Below, piece by piece: positions 40,248 to 49,277 of a stretch of DNA of 62,795 nt. Below the pieces are notes generated by a model. It searched no databases and was not told the DNA's origin. It saw only the letters and a list, made by a program, of their open reading frames with translations. Position 1 is the first letter of the stretch, and each line of letters opens with the position of its first letter. A program made the translations under genes and the position numbers. Origin of the DNA: an uncultured Bdellovibrionales bacterium (GTDB lineage Bacteria; Patescibacteriota; Minisyncoccia; Moranbacterales; UBA1568); NCBI GenBank assembly GCA_964491155.1, contig CAZBFG010000002.1, forward strand, positions 1-62,795, written 5' to 3'.

Positions 40248-42299
40248 TTAGAACAATCGCGAACGAATCGCGCGTTTCTTTTTCTTGCCACCTATAGATT
40301 CTTCGAGTGCTTGGATTTCATCGCGCAAGATGGCTGCCGTCTCGAAGTCGAGCACTTTGACCGCTGCCTGCATTTCCTTTTCCTTCAAACGAATCAACTT
40401 CTCTGGGTCCTTGGCGAACACTTCCTGATCAATCTGGACATTGGCTAGCACTGCTTTGTCATGCTCACTCTCCATGGCCTCGGTAATATCGTGAATATTT
40501 TTCTTGATCGTTTGCGGCGTCATACCGTGTTCAGTGTTGTAAGCAATCTGAATGACTCGTCTGCGATTGGTTTCACTCATAGAACGCCGCATCGATTCGG
40601 TTATCACTTCGGCATAGAGCACCACCCGGCCAGCCGCATTGCGCGCCGCCCGTCCGATAATCTGAATGAGTGATGTTTCGGAGCGGAGAAATCCCTCTTT
40701 GTCAGCATCGAGCACTCCGATGAAGGTCACTTCCGGCAAATCCAATCCTTCCCGAAGTAAATTGACTCCCACGATACAGTCAAACTCTCCTTTCCGAAAG
40801 GCCGTCAAAATTTTGATACGATCAATCGTTTTGACATCACTGTGCAGGTACTCAGCTTTCACCTTTTTTTCTTTCAAATACGTCGACAAATCCTCAGCCA
40901 TCTTTTTGGTCAGCGTCGTAGCGATCACACGTCCGCCTTTTTTGATTTCCGCTATCGCCTGCTCGATGAAATGACCGATCTGACCGGGATAAGTACCCTT
41001 CTCGTGAATCGGCAAGACCTCTACTTCCGGATCCAAGAGTCCGGTCGGCCGGATCACCTGCTCGACAATTTGTTCGCTCATCTCACGTTCGGTGTCGGCC
41101 GGCGTCGCTGACGTAAAGAGCACGGGGCCCACTCGCTCCATGAATTCTTCATAACGAAGCGGCCTATTATCGAGCGCGCTCGGCAGACGAAATCCATACT
41201 CCACCAGTGTTTTTTTGCGCGATTGGTCACCCGCATACATACCCCGGAGCTGTGGCAACGTCACATGCGACTCATCGATAACCGTGAGAAAGTCAGGGGC
41301 ACCATCGGCCGTATGAGGAAAATAAGATAGGAGCGTCTCCGGCGGCTCACCCGGTTGCTTTCCCGATAGATGACGTGAATAATTTTCGATGCCATTGCAA
41401 TAGCCGATTTCTTCCATCATGGCCAAATCATAATTGGTCCGTCGTTTCAAACGCTCGACCTCGATGACCTTGCCCTGTTTTTCCAAGACCTTCAAACGAT
41501 CTGCCAGTTCCGCGCGAATAGACTGCAGTGCCTGATCTTTTTGATCCTTGTCCGTGATAAAGTGTTTAGCTGGAAACAAAAATGTCTGTTCGAGTGTCCC
41601 GAGAATTTTCTGCGAGACCGGATCAATTTTGGTCAGCATACTAATCTTGCCCCCGATGATCTCGATCAGGTAAATAAATTTTTCCGATACCGGCATGATC
41701 TCGACGCGATTGCCCATACTGCGAAATTGTCCCGGGGCGAGATCAGCATTGGTGCGCTCAAAAAAGATAGCTACCAAACGATGGAGGAGTTCGGTTCGTG
41801 TCATGGCCATACCCACTTCGAGCCGCATGTGCTCTTTTTCGTATTCTTCCGGACTCCCCAAACCATAGATGCACGAGACTGACGCCACGATGATAACATC
41901 TTTCCGTGTCAGGAGCGCTTGGGTCGTTGCATGACGCAGTCGATCGATCTCGGCATTGATCTGGGCATCCTTTTCAATATAGGTATCAGAGGCCGGCATA
42001 TAGGCTTCTGGCTGGTAGTAGTCATAGTACGACACAAAATAGTGCACGGCGTGATCAGGAAAAAACTGCTGGTACTCCTGGGCCAGCTGTGCCGCCAGGG
42101 TCTTGTTGTGAGCGATGACGAGCGTGGGCTTCTCCAGCTGCGCAATGACATTGGCCATAGTAAACGTCTTGCCGGAACCGGTTACACCGAGCAGGGTCTG
42201 AAAACGTTTTTTGTCTTTCAGTCCGTCAACCAGCGCCGTGATCGCTTTAGGCTGATCGCCGGCCGGGAGCCAATTGGATTTGAGCTTGAAAATTGACAT
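40248..42299 (-). CDS. uvrB: excinuclease ABC subunit B (UvrB)
   Basis: GVTGSGKTFT, DESH, helicase motifs, C-terminal UVR domain (FETAAILRDEI). Confidence 0.95.
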   Translation of the reverse strand: MSIFKLKSNWLPAGDQPKAITALVDGLKDKKRFQTLLGVTGSGKTFTMANVIAQLEKPTLVIAHNKTLAAQLAQEYQQFFPDHAVHYFVSYYDYYQPEAYMPASDTYIEKDAQINAEIDRLRHATTQALLTRKDVIIVASVSCIYGLGSPEEYEKEHMRLEVGMAMTRTELLHRLVAIFFERTNADLAPGQFRSMGNRVEIMPVSEKFIYLIEIIGGKISMLTKIDPVSQKILGTLEQTFLFPAKHFITDKDQKDQALQSIRAELADRLKVLEKQGKVIEVERLKRRTNYDLAMMEEIGYCNGIENYSRHLSGKQPGEPPETLLSYFPHTADGAPDFLTVIDESHVTLPQLRGMYAGDQSRKKTLVEYGFRLPSALDNRPLRYEEFMERVGPVLFTSATPADTEREMSEQIVEQVIRPTGLLDPEVEVLPIHEKGTYPGQIGHFIEQAIAEIKKGGRVIATTLTKKMAEDLSTYLKEKKVKAEYLHSDVKTIDRIKILTAFRKGEFDCIVGVNLLREGLDLPEVTFIGVLDADKEGFLRSETSLIQIIGRAARNAAGRVVLYAEVITESMRRSMSETNRRRVIQIAYNTEHGMTPQTIKKNIHDITEAMESEHDKAVLANVQIDQEVFAKDPEKLIRLKEKEMQAAVKVLDFETAAILRDEIQALEESIGGKKKKRAIRSRLF

Positions 42300-42303
42300 A
42301 TAT

Positions 42304-43005
42304 TTATCGCTTCCGAAACCAGTGTGCCACCCGCTGGCAAAAATGATGGTAGAGTTCCCTGCCTCGCCCCCGTTCGGTATAGAGAATGAACAAGAGTATC
42401 ACAAAACCAATCACCACGGCAATATCAAACAAAATCTTGACGCTCTCCACGTGGCGCCACAGGGTATGGAGCTTGGCAATCCCGGCATACCCAATATATA
42501 AGTAGAGCAAATCCTTGAAAAAATTGCCAGCATAGGTCGCCACGAGAAACACCCGGATATCCATCTTGATAATACCGGCGACAATCGAGACTGGCGTGGT
42601 CGGAAATGGCGGCAAGAGTCGGAGGAGAAACAGTACGCCGCCATCCTTCCAGTGGTGTCCGACAAAGCGTTTTCCGATACTCTCCAGGTCTTCATGGCGA
42701 ATACCAAACCACTTGGTCGCCTTGGGGATAAACAGGTCTTCCAGCTTGTCTCCTAAGAGATAGTAACACCAGGCGCCCAGTGTTTTTCCGAGGTTGCCCA
42801 CTGCCGCAAGGAGCAACAAATACCACAGCGTTTCACCCTGCATCAGCGCCAACGATCCAGCCGTTCCCATGATGAGTGCCGAAGGAATCGGACTGATGAC
42901 CTCTTCTAAAAACGAACCAAAAAACACGAACACCTCGAGCGGCATATGAAAGGCATAGTATTTGACCGTCTGTTCAAAAAAAGAAAAAATCTGATACATA
43001 CACAA
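42304..43005 (-). CDS. DedA/VTT-domain membrane protein
   Basis: LRLLPPFPTTPVSIVAGI and DedA-type topology. Confidence 0.8.
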   Translation of the reverse strand: MCMYQIFSFFEQTVKYYAFHMPLEVFVFFGSFLEEVISPIPSALIMGTAGSLALMQGETLWYLLLLAAVGNLGKTLGAWCYYLLGDKLEDLFIPKATKWFGIRHEDLESIGKRFVGHHWKDGGVLFLLRLLPPFPTTPVSIVAGIIKMDIRVFLVATYAGNFFKDLLYLYIGYAGIAKLHTLWRHVESVKILFDIAVVIGFVILLFILYTERGRGRELYHHFCQRVAHWFRKR

Positions 43006-43087
43006 ACAAAAAAGAAGCGTCTAAATGACGCTTCTTTAGTATACCATTTTCACAGGAATGGCGAGACCACACAATCGGGTCGCTTCT

Positions 43088-44296
43088 TTACCCGATAAAG
43101 GTGAGGGCATGCCCCTTCTTGTCACCGCGGCCGGTACGACCGATACGGTGAATATAGTCCTCGTAGTTTTCGGGAAGTTCATAGTTGATGACGTGGGTGA
43201 CATCAGGGATATCGAGTCCACGAGCCGCCACATCGGTGGCCACAAGAATAGTAATTTCATCCTTGCTGAAACGACGCAGTGCCCGCTGACGCTGTGGCTG
43301 TGACTTGTCACCATGGATAGAATCGGCTTTGAAACCGCGTTCCTCCAAACGGTGCGCCAGTTTGTCCACCCCATGTTTGGTTCGTCCAAAAATAAGGACT
43401 TTTTGAAACTCCGGCTTCACCAACAAGTTGTGCAGGGTTTCAATTTTTTCTTCTTTGGGGGTGACATGTATCACATCCTGATCAACATTTTCTGATGTCG
43501 CGCGGGACTTGATAGCAATGGTAACCGGATCATTCAGAAACTTTTTGGCCAGCTCTGCGATTTCTCGTGGCATAGTCGCCGAGAAAAAGAGTGACTGCCT
43601 GGGAGAACGCATGAGCGCTACCAAGTACTTGATATCGTTGATAAATCCCATATCGAGCATACGATCTACTTCATCAAGCACAATATTGCTGAAACCGGAC
43701 AGGTCGAGCTTTTTGCGCTCAATCAAATCCTTGAGACGGCCCGGCGTCCCGATCACAAAGCTCGGGTTACGTGCCAGACTGCGCATCTGCTCCATGATAT
43801 GAGCACCACCGATACAGAGGGCCGAGTTCAGTCCTGAACCACGAGAAAAAACCCGCAGTTCATCTTCGATCTGCAGAGCGAGCTCGCGGGTCGGCACGAT
43901 GATCAAAACCTTTTCTGTCTTGTGCTTGAACGTCTTGTGAATGAGCGGCAGCAAAAAAGCAGCCGTCTTGCCAGTACCAGTATTGGCGATACCAATCACA
44001 TCACGACCCTCGAGGATATGAGGGATAGCACCGTCCTGAATAGGTGTCGGGTGCACATAGCCCTTTTCCGCCACATTGGCCTTGAGCTTCGAGTGTATCT
44101 CAAAATCAGCAAAGCGATGCTTGGGATTGTAGACTTCTGTCTCGGTTACCTGGATGGCTTTCTTCACAAACTGGGTGAAGTCGAGCTCGCGCTCGGCTGG
44201 GCGGCGTTTGCGGCTCCGTGTCGTCGGGCGACCAAAGCGGTTGACCGAAGGACGTGCCGAAGAGGAACGCCCTCCTCTTGGGTTTCTACTGAACAT
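43088..44296 (-). CDS. DEAD-box RNA helicase with Arg-rich N-terminus
   Basis: Q motif PTPIQ, ANTGTGKT, DEVD, SAT, HRIGRTGR. Confidence 0.9.
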   Translation of the reverse strand: MFSRNPRGGRSSSARPSVNRFGRPTTRSRKRRPAERELDFTQFVKKAIQVTETEVYNPKHRFADFEIHSKLKANVAEKGYVHPTPIQDGAIPHILEGRDVIGIANTGTGKTAAFLLPLIHKTFKHKTEKVLIIVPTRELALQIEDELRVFSRGSGLNSALCIGGAHIMEQMRSLARNPSFVIGTPGRLKDLIERKKLDLSGFSNIVLDEVDRMLDMGFINDIKYLVALMRSPRQSLFFSATMPREIAELAKKFLNDPVTIAIKSRATSENVDQDVIHVTPKEEKIETLHNLLVKPEFQKVLIFGRTKHGVDKLAHRLEERGFKADSIHGDKSQPQRQRALRRFSKDEITILVATDVAARGLDIPDVTHVINYELPENYEDYIHRIGRTGRGDKKGHALTFIG

Positions 44297-44425
44297 TCTT
44301 TTGAATGTTATGAAATTAGGATCTTAGCTCTTCCCCTCGAAGAGCAAAGACTCCCAAAGGAATGTAGAGCCACTATTGCAGGCTCTAGAGTAAGAACCTT
44401 ATTAAAGCAGGAAAAAGTTCTCTTG

Positions 44426-44980
44426 TCAATGGTTTGGACGAGAAAAGGCTTGGAGCTCACGTTTTCGCACCTGATAGTCAGGAATTTGCCGGGCGACCAA
44501 TGCCCAAAAGCGCGGCGAGTGATTCATCTCGCGTATATGACAGACTTCGTGTACTATCACATAGTCCAAGAGTACTGATGGCAAAAATATGAGTCGGTAA
44601 TTGAACGACAGATGGCCCCTCGATGAGCAACTGCCAAACCGGGAGCGTTGATTGCGAATCGAGATCCCACTCGAGGTCACGTCGTATTTTTTTTGAAAAA
44701 ATTCCACCCGCTCGGTGACACGACGACGGACTTCTTCTTTGTATTGCTTATACTCATCCGCTCCGCCCTGATTGAGCAGGCGCGGCGGTACGGCAGCCAT
44801 ACGCTGACGCGCTGCTGCTATCCAGTCCTCTTTGGTGGCAAGAAATTGATGTGCTGCTTTGAGCGAAAGAAACCGTGGTACCGTCAACGTCACGCTGCCA
44901 TCGTCTCGCACCCGTAGTCGCATCCCTCTCGTCCCCCGCCGTTTTTTGATGGTGACTGAAGAATTCACGTTGTCAGCCAT
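44426..44980 (-). CDS. YgjP-like (DUF45/M48-related) metal-dependent hydrolase
   Basis: HEVCHIREMNHSPRFW. Confidence 0.8.
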   Translation of the reverse strand: MADNVNSSVTIKKRRGTRGMRLRVRDDGSVTLTVPRFLSLKAAHQFLATKEDWIAAARQRMAAVPPRLLNQGGADEYKQYKEEVRRRVTERVEFFQKKYDVTSSGISIRNQRSRFGSCSSRGHLSFNYRLIFLPSVLLDYVIVHEVCHIREMNHSPRFWALVARQIPDYQVRKRELQAFSRPNH

Positions 44981-45015
44981 AAAGAAACCTCTATAACTAC
45001 TGTAATCATAGAGAA

Positions 45016-45390
45016 CTAGATGAGATGATCTTTCAAGATATCCCGTACTTTATCCCCATCACCCTTTGAAAAAATTTTATCTACGTCTCCTGCAATACTC
45101 TCTGCTTCCTTTTCATCAATGACACCTCGGCTGTTCCGGCGGCTATTATCCATTTCATTATGAAGCAATTCATTGATGGCTTTTCTTTTTGTACCAGAAA
45201 ATTGATCATGAATCTTATGTTCTATTCCACCCAGCTCTCTCTTGTTTATTTCTCCATGGTACGATCCATGCTGATTAGTATAATGGCTATGTTCATCATT
45301 AGCAGCATGTTCTCCATGATGTCTCAAGTCTTGTTTTGAAGGTGCTGGCGTAGTCGGCTTTGGCGCTGTATAAAAAAGTCCCATAAACAA
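45016..45390 (-). CDS. hypothetical His-rich protein
   Basis: ORF only; H-rich N-terminal half. Confidence 0.5.
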   Translation of the reverse strand: MFMGLFYTAPKPTTPAPSKQDLRHHGEHAANDEHSHYTNQHGSYHGEINKRELGGIEHKIHDQFSGTKRKAINELLHNEMDNSRRNSRGVIDEKEAESIAGDVDKIFSKGDGDKVRDILKDHLI

Positions 45391-45429
45391 TAAGGTTACG
45401 ACTTACCCACTTAGTATATCATTTCTTGG

Positions 45430-45470
45430 AAAAAAGAAGAGGGGCACAACCGATGTTCCGGTCGTGCCCC
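45430..45470 (-). terminator. intrinsic terminator (minus strand)
   Basis: GGGGCAC.ACCG..CGGT.GTGCCCC stem preceded on the plus strand by an A-rich run. Confidence 0.6.
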
Positions 45471-45504
45471 TGGGGACGAAAAAAGTGCGTGTCGGCGGCG
45501 CAGA

Positions 45505-45756
45505 CTACGCCATGCCGGCCTGCCAGCGCTGGTGGTTCATCGCGCGGCGGGCGCGGCTCACTGGCGGCGGTTCAGCCAACGTGGCACGACCGCTCTCCAC
45601 AACCGGCTGGCGGCAGCCTTGCCGAACCAACTCCGGTTCCTTGCCCCCCTCCAAACCGGGGTGAGAAATGTCGACCTCCGACTGGCGCGAACCGCTGCGC
45701 ACCTCCTTGGGGCGCGGAGCAACACGAGACAGGCGGGGCGACTGAATCATCTTCAT
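45505..45756 (-). CDS. small Arg/Pro-rich protein (83 aa), GC-rich cassette
   Basis: AGGAGA 5 nt upstream of the ATG; strong terminator downstream; composition leaves coding status uncertain. Confidence 0.45.
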   Translation of the reverse strand: MKMIQSPRLSRVAPRPKEVRSGSRQSEVDISHPGLEGGKEPELVRQGCRQPVVESGRATLAEPPPVSRARRAMNHQRWQAGMA

Positions 45757-45981
45757 AGAAGTCTCCTAGATCTGCTCACAATTCTTCCATCCTCCTGACA
45801 GATGAACCGAGCCTTTCACAAAGAAAGCAAACAAAAAAGTCTTCCGTAAGAAAGGCTCGATTCATCGAAAATGCAATTTTTTCAGCTGTTAAGTTGCTCT
45901 CCCATTATACTCCTTTTTGACCACAAAGTCAACCCTGCCCCGTAATTATTACTTAGCGGCCGGGTTGCTAAGTAATAATTA

Positions 45982-46761
45982 CTACTGCCCCACTACTATC
46001 ATCACCTTGTCCGTGCTCGGTGCATCGGCGTGCTTACCGGTGGGATAATCGAGGATAGCATCAAAAAGTACAGGCTGAGCATACCGGTACCCCTCCCCTT
46101 TGCGCGTGCCAGGATCATTGACGATAAATTCTTCGGTCGTATCATCATACCCTGTGACAACCAGCATATGCCGCGGTGGTCCAGGCTGGGTAAAGTTCGG
46201 ATTTTTGAGCGCGCGTCCATCAGTCGGCACAATAAGAATCTTGCTTGTGGCCAACACCGCTTTCATACGCTCAATCGTTACTTTCCGTTCTACTACAGCA
46301 CTTCCTTCCACAGAAAATTCTTTGAATAACCACGCCGTATCCTGTATCGAAGTATCAACAGAGTGACCAAATTTTTTCTTTTGCAACGCGGCCAGCGCTT
46401 CGATATCATTTTTTGCCGACTCTTGGGTCAGTTTTGTTCCGTTCACCCAGGCACTCGCCATCACCACTGAGGCTTCTTCACAGGCATCCTGAAAAATAGG
46501 GTTGCTCCACTCGCCATACGGAGCCTGCACCGTAAACGGCACTCCCGCGATCGATACCGTATCCGGAAGCTTTTCTACTACGACCGGTGCCTGCGCCGGA
46601 GTAGACGTCTCCACCACTCTCTCTTCGATCACAGACATTTCTTGAGGGAACGGGACCACTGTCTCCTTTTGGTCAAATGTTTCACCTCGCCAGTAAAAAA
46701 ACATTCCCAGCATACCGCCGAGAACGAGAGAGGTCACTATAATGAAGAAAAATCGTTTCAT
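45982..46761 (-). CDS. C39-like (BtrH-type) cysteine peptidase-family protein, membrane anchored
   Basis: VQAPYGEW..QDACEEASVVMA (Cys) and HMLVVTGYDD (His). Confidence 0.7.
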   Translation of the reverse strand: MKRFFFIIVTSLVLGGMLGMFFYWRGETFDQKETVVPFPQEMSVIEERVVETSTPAQAPVVVEKLPDTVSIAGVPFTVQAPYGEWSNPIFQDACEEASVVMASAWVNGTKLTQESAKNDIEALAALQKKKFGHSVDTSIQDTAWLFKEFSVEGSAVVERKVTIERMKAVLATSKILIVPTDGRALKNPNFTQPGPPRHMLVVTGYDDTTEEFIVNDPGTRKGEGYRYAQPVLFDAILDYPTGKHADAPSTDKVMIVVGQ

Positions 46762-47138
46762 AGGTTGTTCTTTTTTCGTCGTTCGGCTTTCTCGCGAATC
46801 GCCTGGAATTGCACGTGCAGCCGTTCCATTTCTGCGTCAGACAATTCTTCGAGATCGATCAGCTGGTTACGTGATGATTTGTGGGCTCGGATCAGTTCAT
46901 CGAGTTTCAGTTGCATGGCGCGGCCATCGCGATTTTGTGTATTCTGCACAAGAAACACCATGAGGAACGTCAGGATCGTGGTACCAGTATTGATAACCAA
47001 CTGCCAGGTATCAGAATAGCCAAAATACGATCCGGACAAAGCCCAACACAGCACAATAATCACTGCTACAACAAAAGCAATCGGGGATCCCACCAAAAGA
47101 GAGGCGCGATGTGCTATCTTGCGAAAAAGTTCATTCAT
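46758..47138 (-). CDS. low-affinity iron permease-family (Fet4-like) small membrane protein
   Basis: SDTWQLVINTGTTILTFLMVFLVQNTQNRD..KLDELIRA; 4-nt overlap with the upstream gene. Confidence 0.7.
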   Translation of the reverse strand: MNELFRKIAHRASLLVGSPIAFVVAVIIVLCWALSGSYFGYSDTWQLVINTGTTILTFLMVFLVQNTQNRDGRAMQLKLDELIRAHKSSRNQLIDLEELSDAEMERLHVQFQAIREKAERRKKNNL

Positions 47139-47185
47139 ATTTTTTTGTTTGTATTCCCATCATACCCCGAGAAAGAGAGAAAGTA

Positions 47186-47222
47186 AAAAGAAAAAAGGCT
47201 ACCTGGTCGAAACCGGGCAGCC
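47186..47222 (-). terminator. intrinsic terminator (minus strand)
   Basis: A-run then an 11-bp imperfect stem GGCTACCTGGT/ACCGGGCAGCC. Confidence 0.5.
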
Positions 47223-47256
47223 AATAAGGTGCGGGAATCCCGCGGTGGTCACAGGA

Positions 47257-47883
47257 TCACTGGTTGGGCGGATTGCCCTCGGCCGGATCACCAACGATAT
47301 CCCCGATCGAGATCAGCGCGATCTGCACATCGGACTTCGCCACCGTGCGGAGCAAGTGCCAGGCCACGCCGACGAGCTGTTCCTTGGTATGGGCGACGCC
47401 CATCAGGTCGAGCACGAGCGACAGTTGGTTGGCCGGATTGCCGACCTCACCATTCGCGCTGATGCCAGCAATCGTCCGGAAGCGCGGATCGTTCTCGAAC
47501 GCCTCCATGTCGGCTCGCGTGAGCTGGTGGCGCAGATGCTCGGCCCGGGGAACGGTGGCGTATTCGAGCGCTGCCTTCTTGGCGCCGCCACGCTCGAGCG
47601 CGATATCGATGGTGTACCAGCGCGGAACGTCGCCGTCGCAGTCGACCAAGGTGCCCTTGTCGTCGCTCCAGCGGAACGGATTGCAGGGCGCATTGGCCAC
47701 GGAAACGGGATGGTCGTCCGAGAACCGGGACAGGTAGAGCCCGCCTTGGTCATCGACGCGCAGCACCGTCACGAAGCAGGTCCTCTCTTTCTCCTTCTTG
47801 TCGATGAGTGGGGGCCTGATGGGCACCATGAGCATGTCGCCCGCAACGAGGGAAATGAACAGGGTCTTGGGATCAATTGTCAT
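47257..47883 (-). CDS. hypothetical protein (208 aa), GC-rich cassette next to the island border
   Basis: GAGGAG 6 nt upstream of the ATG; protein-like composition, unlike the Arg-rich antisense ORF. Confidence 0.55.
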   Translation of the reverse strand: MTIDPKTLFISLVAGDMLMVPIRPPLIDKKEKERTCFVTVLRVDDQGGLYLSRFSDDHPVSVANAPCNPFRWSDDKGTLVDCDGDVPRWYTIDIALERGGAKKAALEYATVPRAEHLRHQLTRADMEAFENDPRFRTIAGISANGEVGNPANQLSLVLDLMGVAHTKEQLVGVAWHLLRTVAKSDVQIALISIGDIVGDPAEGNPPNQ

Positions 47884-48023
47884 CGAAAACTCCTCGGGTT
47901 GTGGCCGAATTGGCCATTAGGATGCCGCGTGTCCACCTAAATGGAACACCTTACTTTATAGTACATGTTATTAATTCTGTCAATGGCAATTTTCGCAAGT
48001 TTGAAGGTTCCGCTGTCCCATAC

Positions 48024-48052
48024 AAAAAAGAGGCTTCAGAAAGCCTCTTTTC
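48024..48052. terminator. orphan hairpin terminator next to attL (probably the original tRNA-Asp terminator)
   Basis: AAGAGGCTT CAGA AAGCCTCTT flanked by an A-run and a T-run. Confidence 0.6.
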
Positions 48053-48057
48053 CTTGT

Positions 48058-48073
48058 GCGGGAGCGACCGGAC
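48058..48073. repeat. left direct repeat (attL core), displaced tRNA-Asp 3' fragment
   Basis: GCGGGAGCGACCGGAC identical to 62033-62048; similarity continues (TCGAAC) after a 2-nt indel. Confidence 0.65.
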
Positions 48074-48186
48074 AATCGAACAGCTTCGCTCTGAGAACGC
48101 CTCCGTTCTCAGCGGACAAAAGTCCTGCTCTCCGTCCACGGGAAAACTCCCGATTTTCCCGACCCCTTTCCCGTTCTCGTCCGTCG

Positions 48187-48226
48187 TCCCAAAAGAAAAG
48201 CTCCGTCCACAAGGATAGAGCTTTTC
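48187..48226 (-). terminator. intrinsic terminator closing the island operon
   Basis: GAAAAGCTC (48195-48203) / GAGCTTTTC (48218-48226); minus strand continues TTTTGGG. Confidence 0.55.
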
Positions 48227-48374
48227 TTTGATGCGGGGACGACGGTACGCAATTGGGAACGATTACCGACCGGTTATTCTCGTGAAATGGCTCCAAAATA
48301 TCGGGAGGTTTGACTTACTAATCAGACGAATCGAAAAGCTCATGGCGTGCTAATTTCTGACTTTTGGGAGTAAT

Positions 48375-49193
48375 CTATAGCGAGTTGTAATCGTGACATT
48401 GAATCACACCCGGCGTATCTTTAATTTTCCCCCACTCAAAGTCATACCTTTTGTCATTAATCCAATCAGGGTACTTCACTCTAAAGTAACTTCCAACGGC
48501 TGGATCCATACCATCACCAATCCCTTCGACTATGAGGGACCCTTCTTGGTAAGAAAAATCTTCATTAAGGAATTGTGCTGACAGTAAAGCAACTAAACCA
48601 GAGGTTGCTTCAACTAAGTTTTTTAGATTTGCATGTTCAAACTTTGAGTGTATGTCATGCTTGGTTTCATTGTAATATTGGTACCAACTTTTGATTTCAC
48701 TTTTATCTTCACCTTTGTACTCACGGTAGTATTGATACCAATTAAGATCCGCTTTACCCCAGTTTTTAAATGGACAATAACGATCAAGTCCCAAGTGCTC
48801 GTTCGTATCCCATCTTGGCAATGAAACTTCATAACTAGACAACTGATGGGTTTTCTCTATAAGGCAGTAATCATGCATGTTCCAATCCTTCTCTTGTTTT
48901 TTTGAATAACCATTCTCTCGCAATATAGCCTTGCAATTAGCTTCTACTTCAATACAAACTCTAATAAATAGTTCATGAATTCTATATGAGTATGTTCTTT
49001 TATTTTTATCACTTGGTTCTACATACTCAAAGATTTTTTGTAAGTCATTTTGTATGATAAGGAAAGAGCGGATGTATTTTTCTGGTGAGTTCGCATACTC
49101 TGGGTGCTTTATGTACCTCGAGTTGCCACTGCTACTGTACGATCCATCCTTAAGTTGTCTAGCAGTTCTTCTGTACGGCTGTTCTATTGCCAT
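48375..49193 (-). CDS. hypothetical Trp/Tyr-rich protein (272 aa), last gene of the island operon
   Basis: long ORF in AT-rich DNA; internal duplicated WYQYY motif; possible HEPN-like helical core is speculation only. Confidence 0.65.
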   Translation of the reverse strand: MAIEQPYRRTARQLKDGSYSSSGNSRYIKHPEYANSPEKYIRSFLIIQNDLQKIFEYVEPSDKNKRTYSYRIHELFIRVCIEVEANCKAILRENGYSKKQEKDWNMHDYCLIEKTHQLSSYEVSLPRWDTNEHLGLDRYCPFKNWGKADLNWYQYYREYKGEDKSEIKSWYQYYNETKHDIHSKFEHANLKNLVEATSGLVALLSAQFLNEDFSYQEGSLIVEGIGDGMDPAVGSYFRVKYPDWINDKRYDFEWGKIKDTPGVIQCHDYNSL

Positions 49194-49277
49194 AGATTTT
49201 TATTGATGAGTGAAAACAAATCGACCCTCCCCTTTATTCTGCAATAATCGAATCTAAAAAAATATTTTTCGCGTTTC

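Noticed and set aside
47119-47940. 273-aa plus-strand ORF
   Set aside because: It is antisense to the 208-aa gene and runs through that gene's terminator and SD. Its composition is Arg/Gly/His-rich junk.
48036-48296. 86-aa minus-strand ORF across the island border
   Set aside because: It spans the attL repeat, a terminator and hairpins, and its translation has junk composition.
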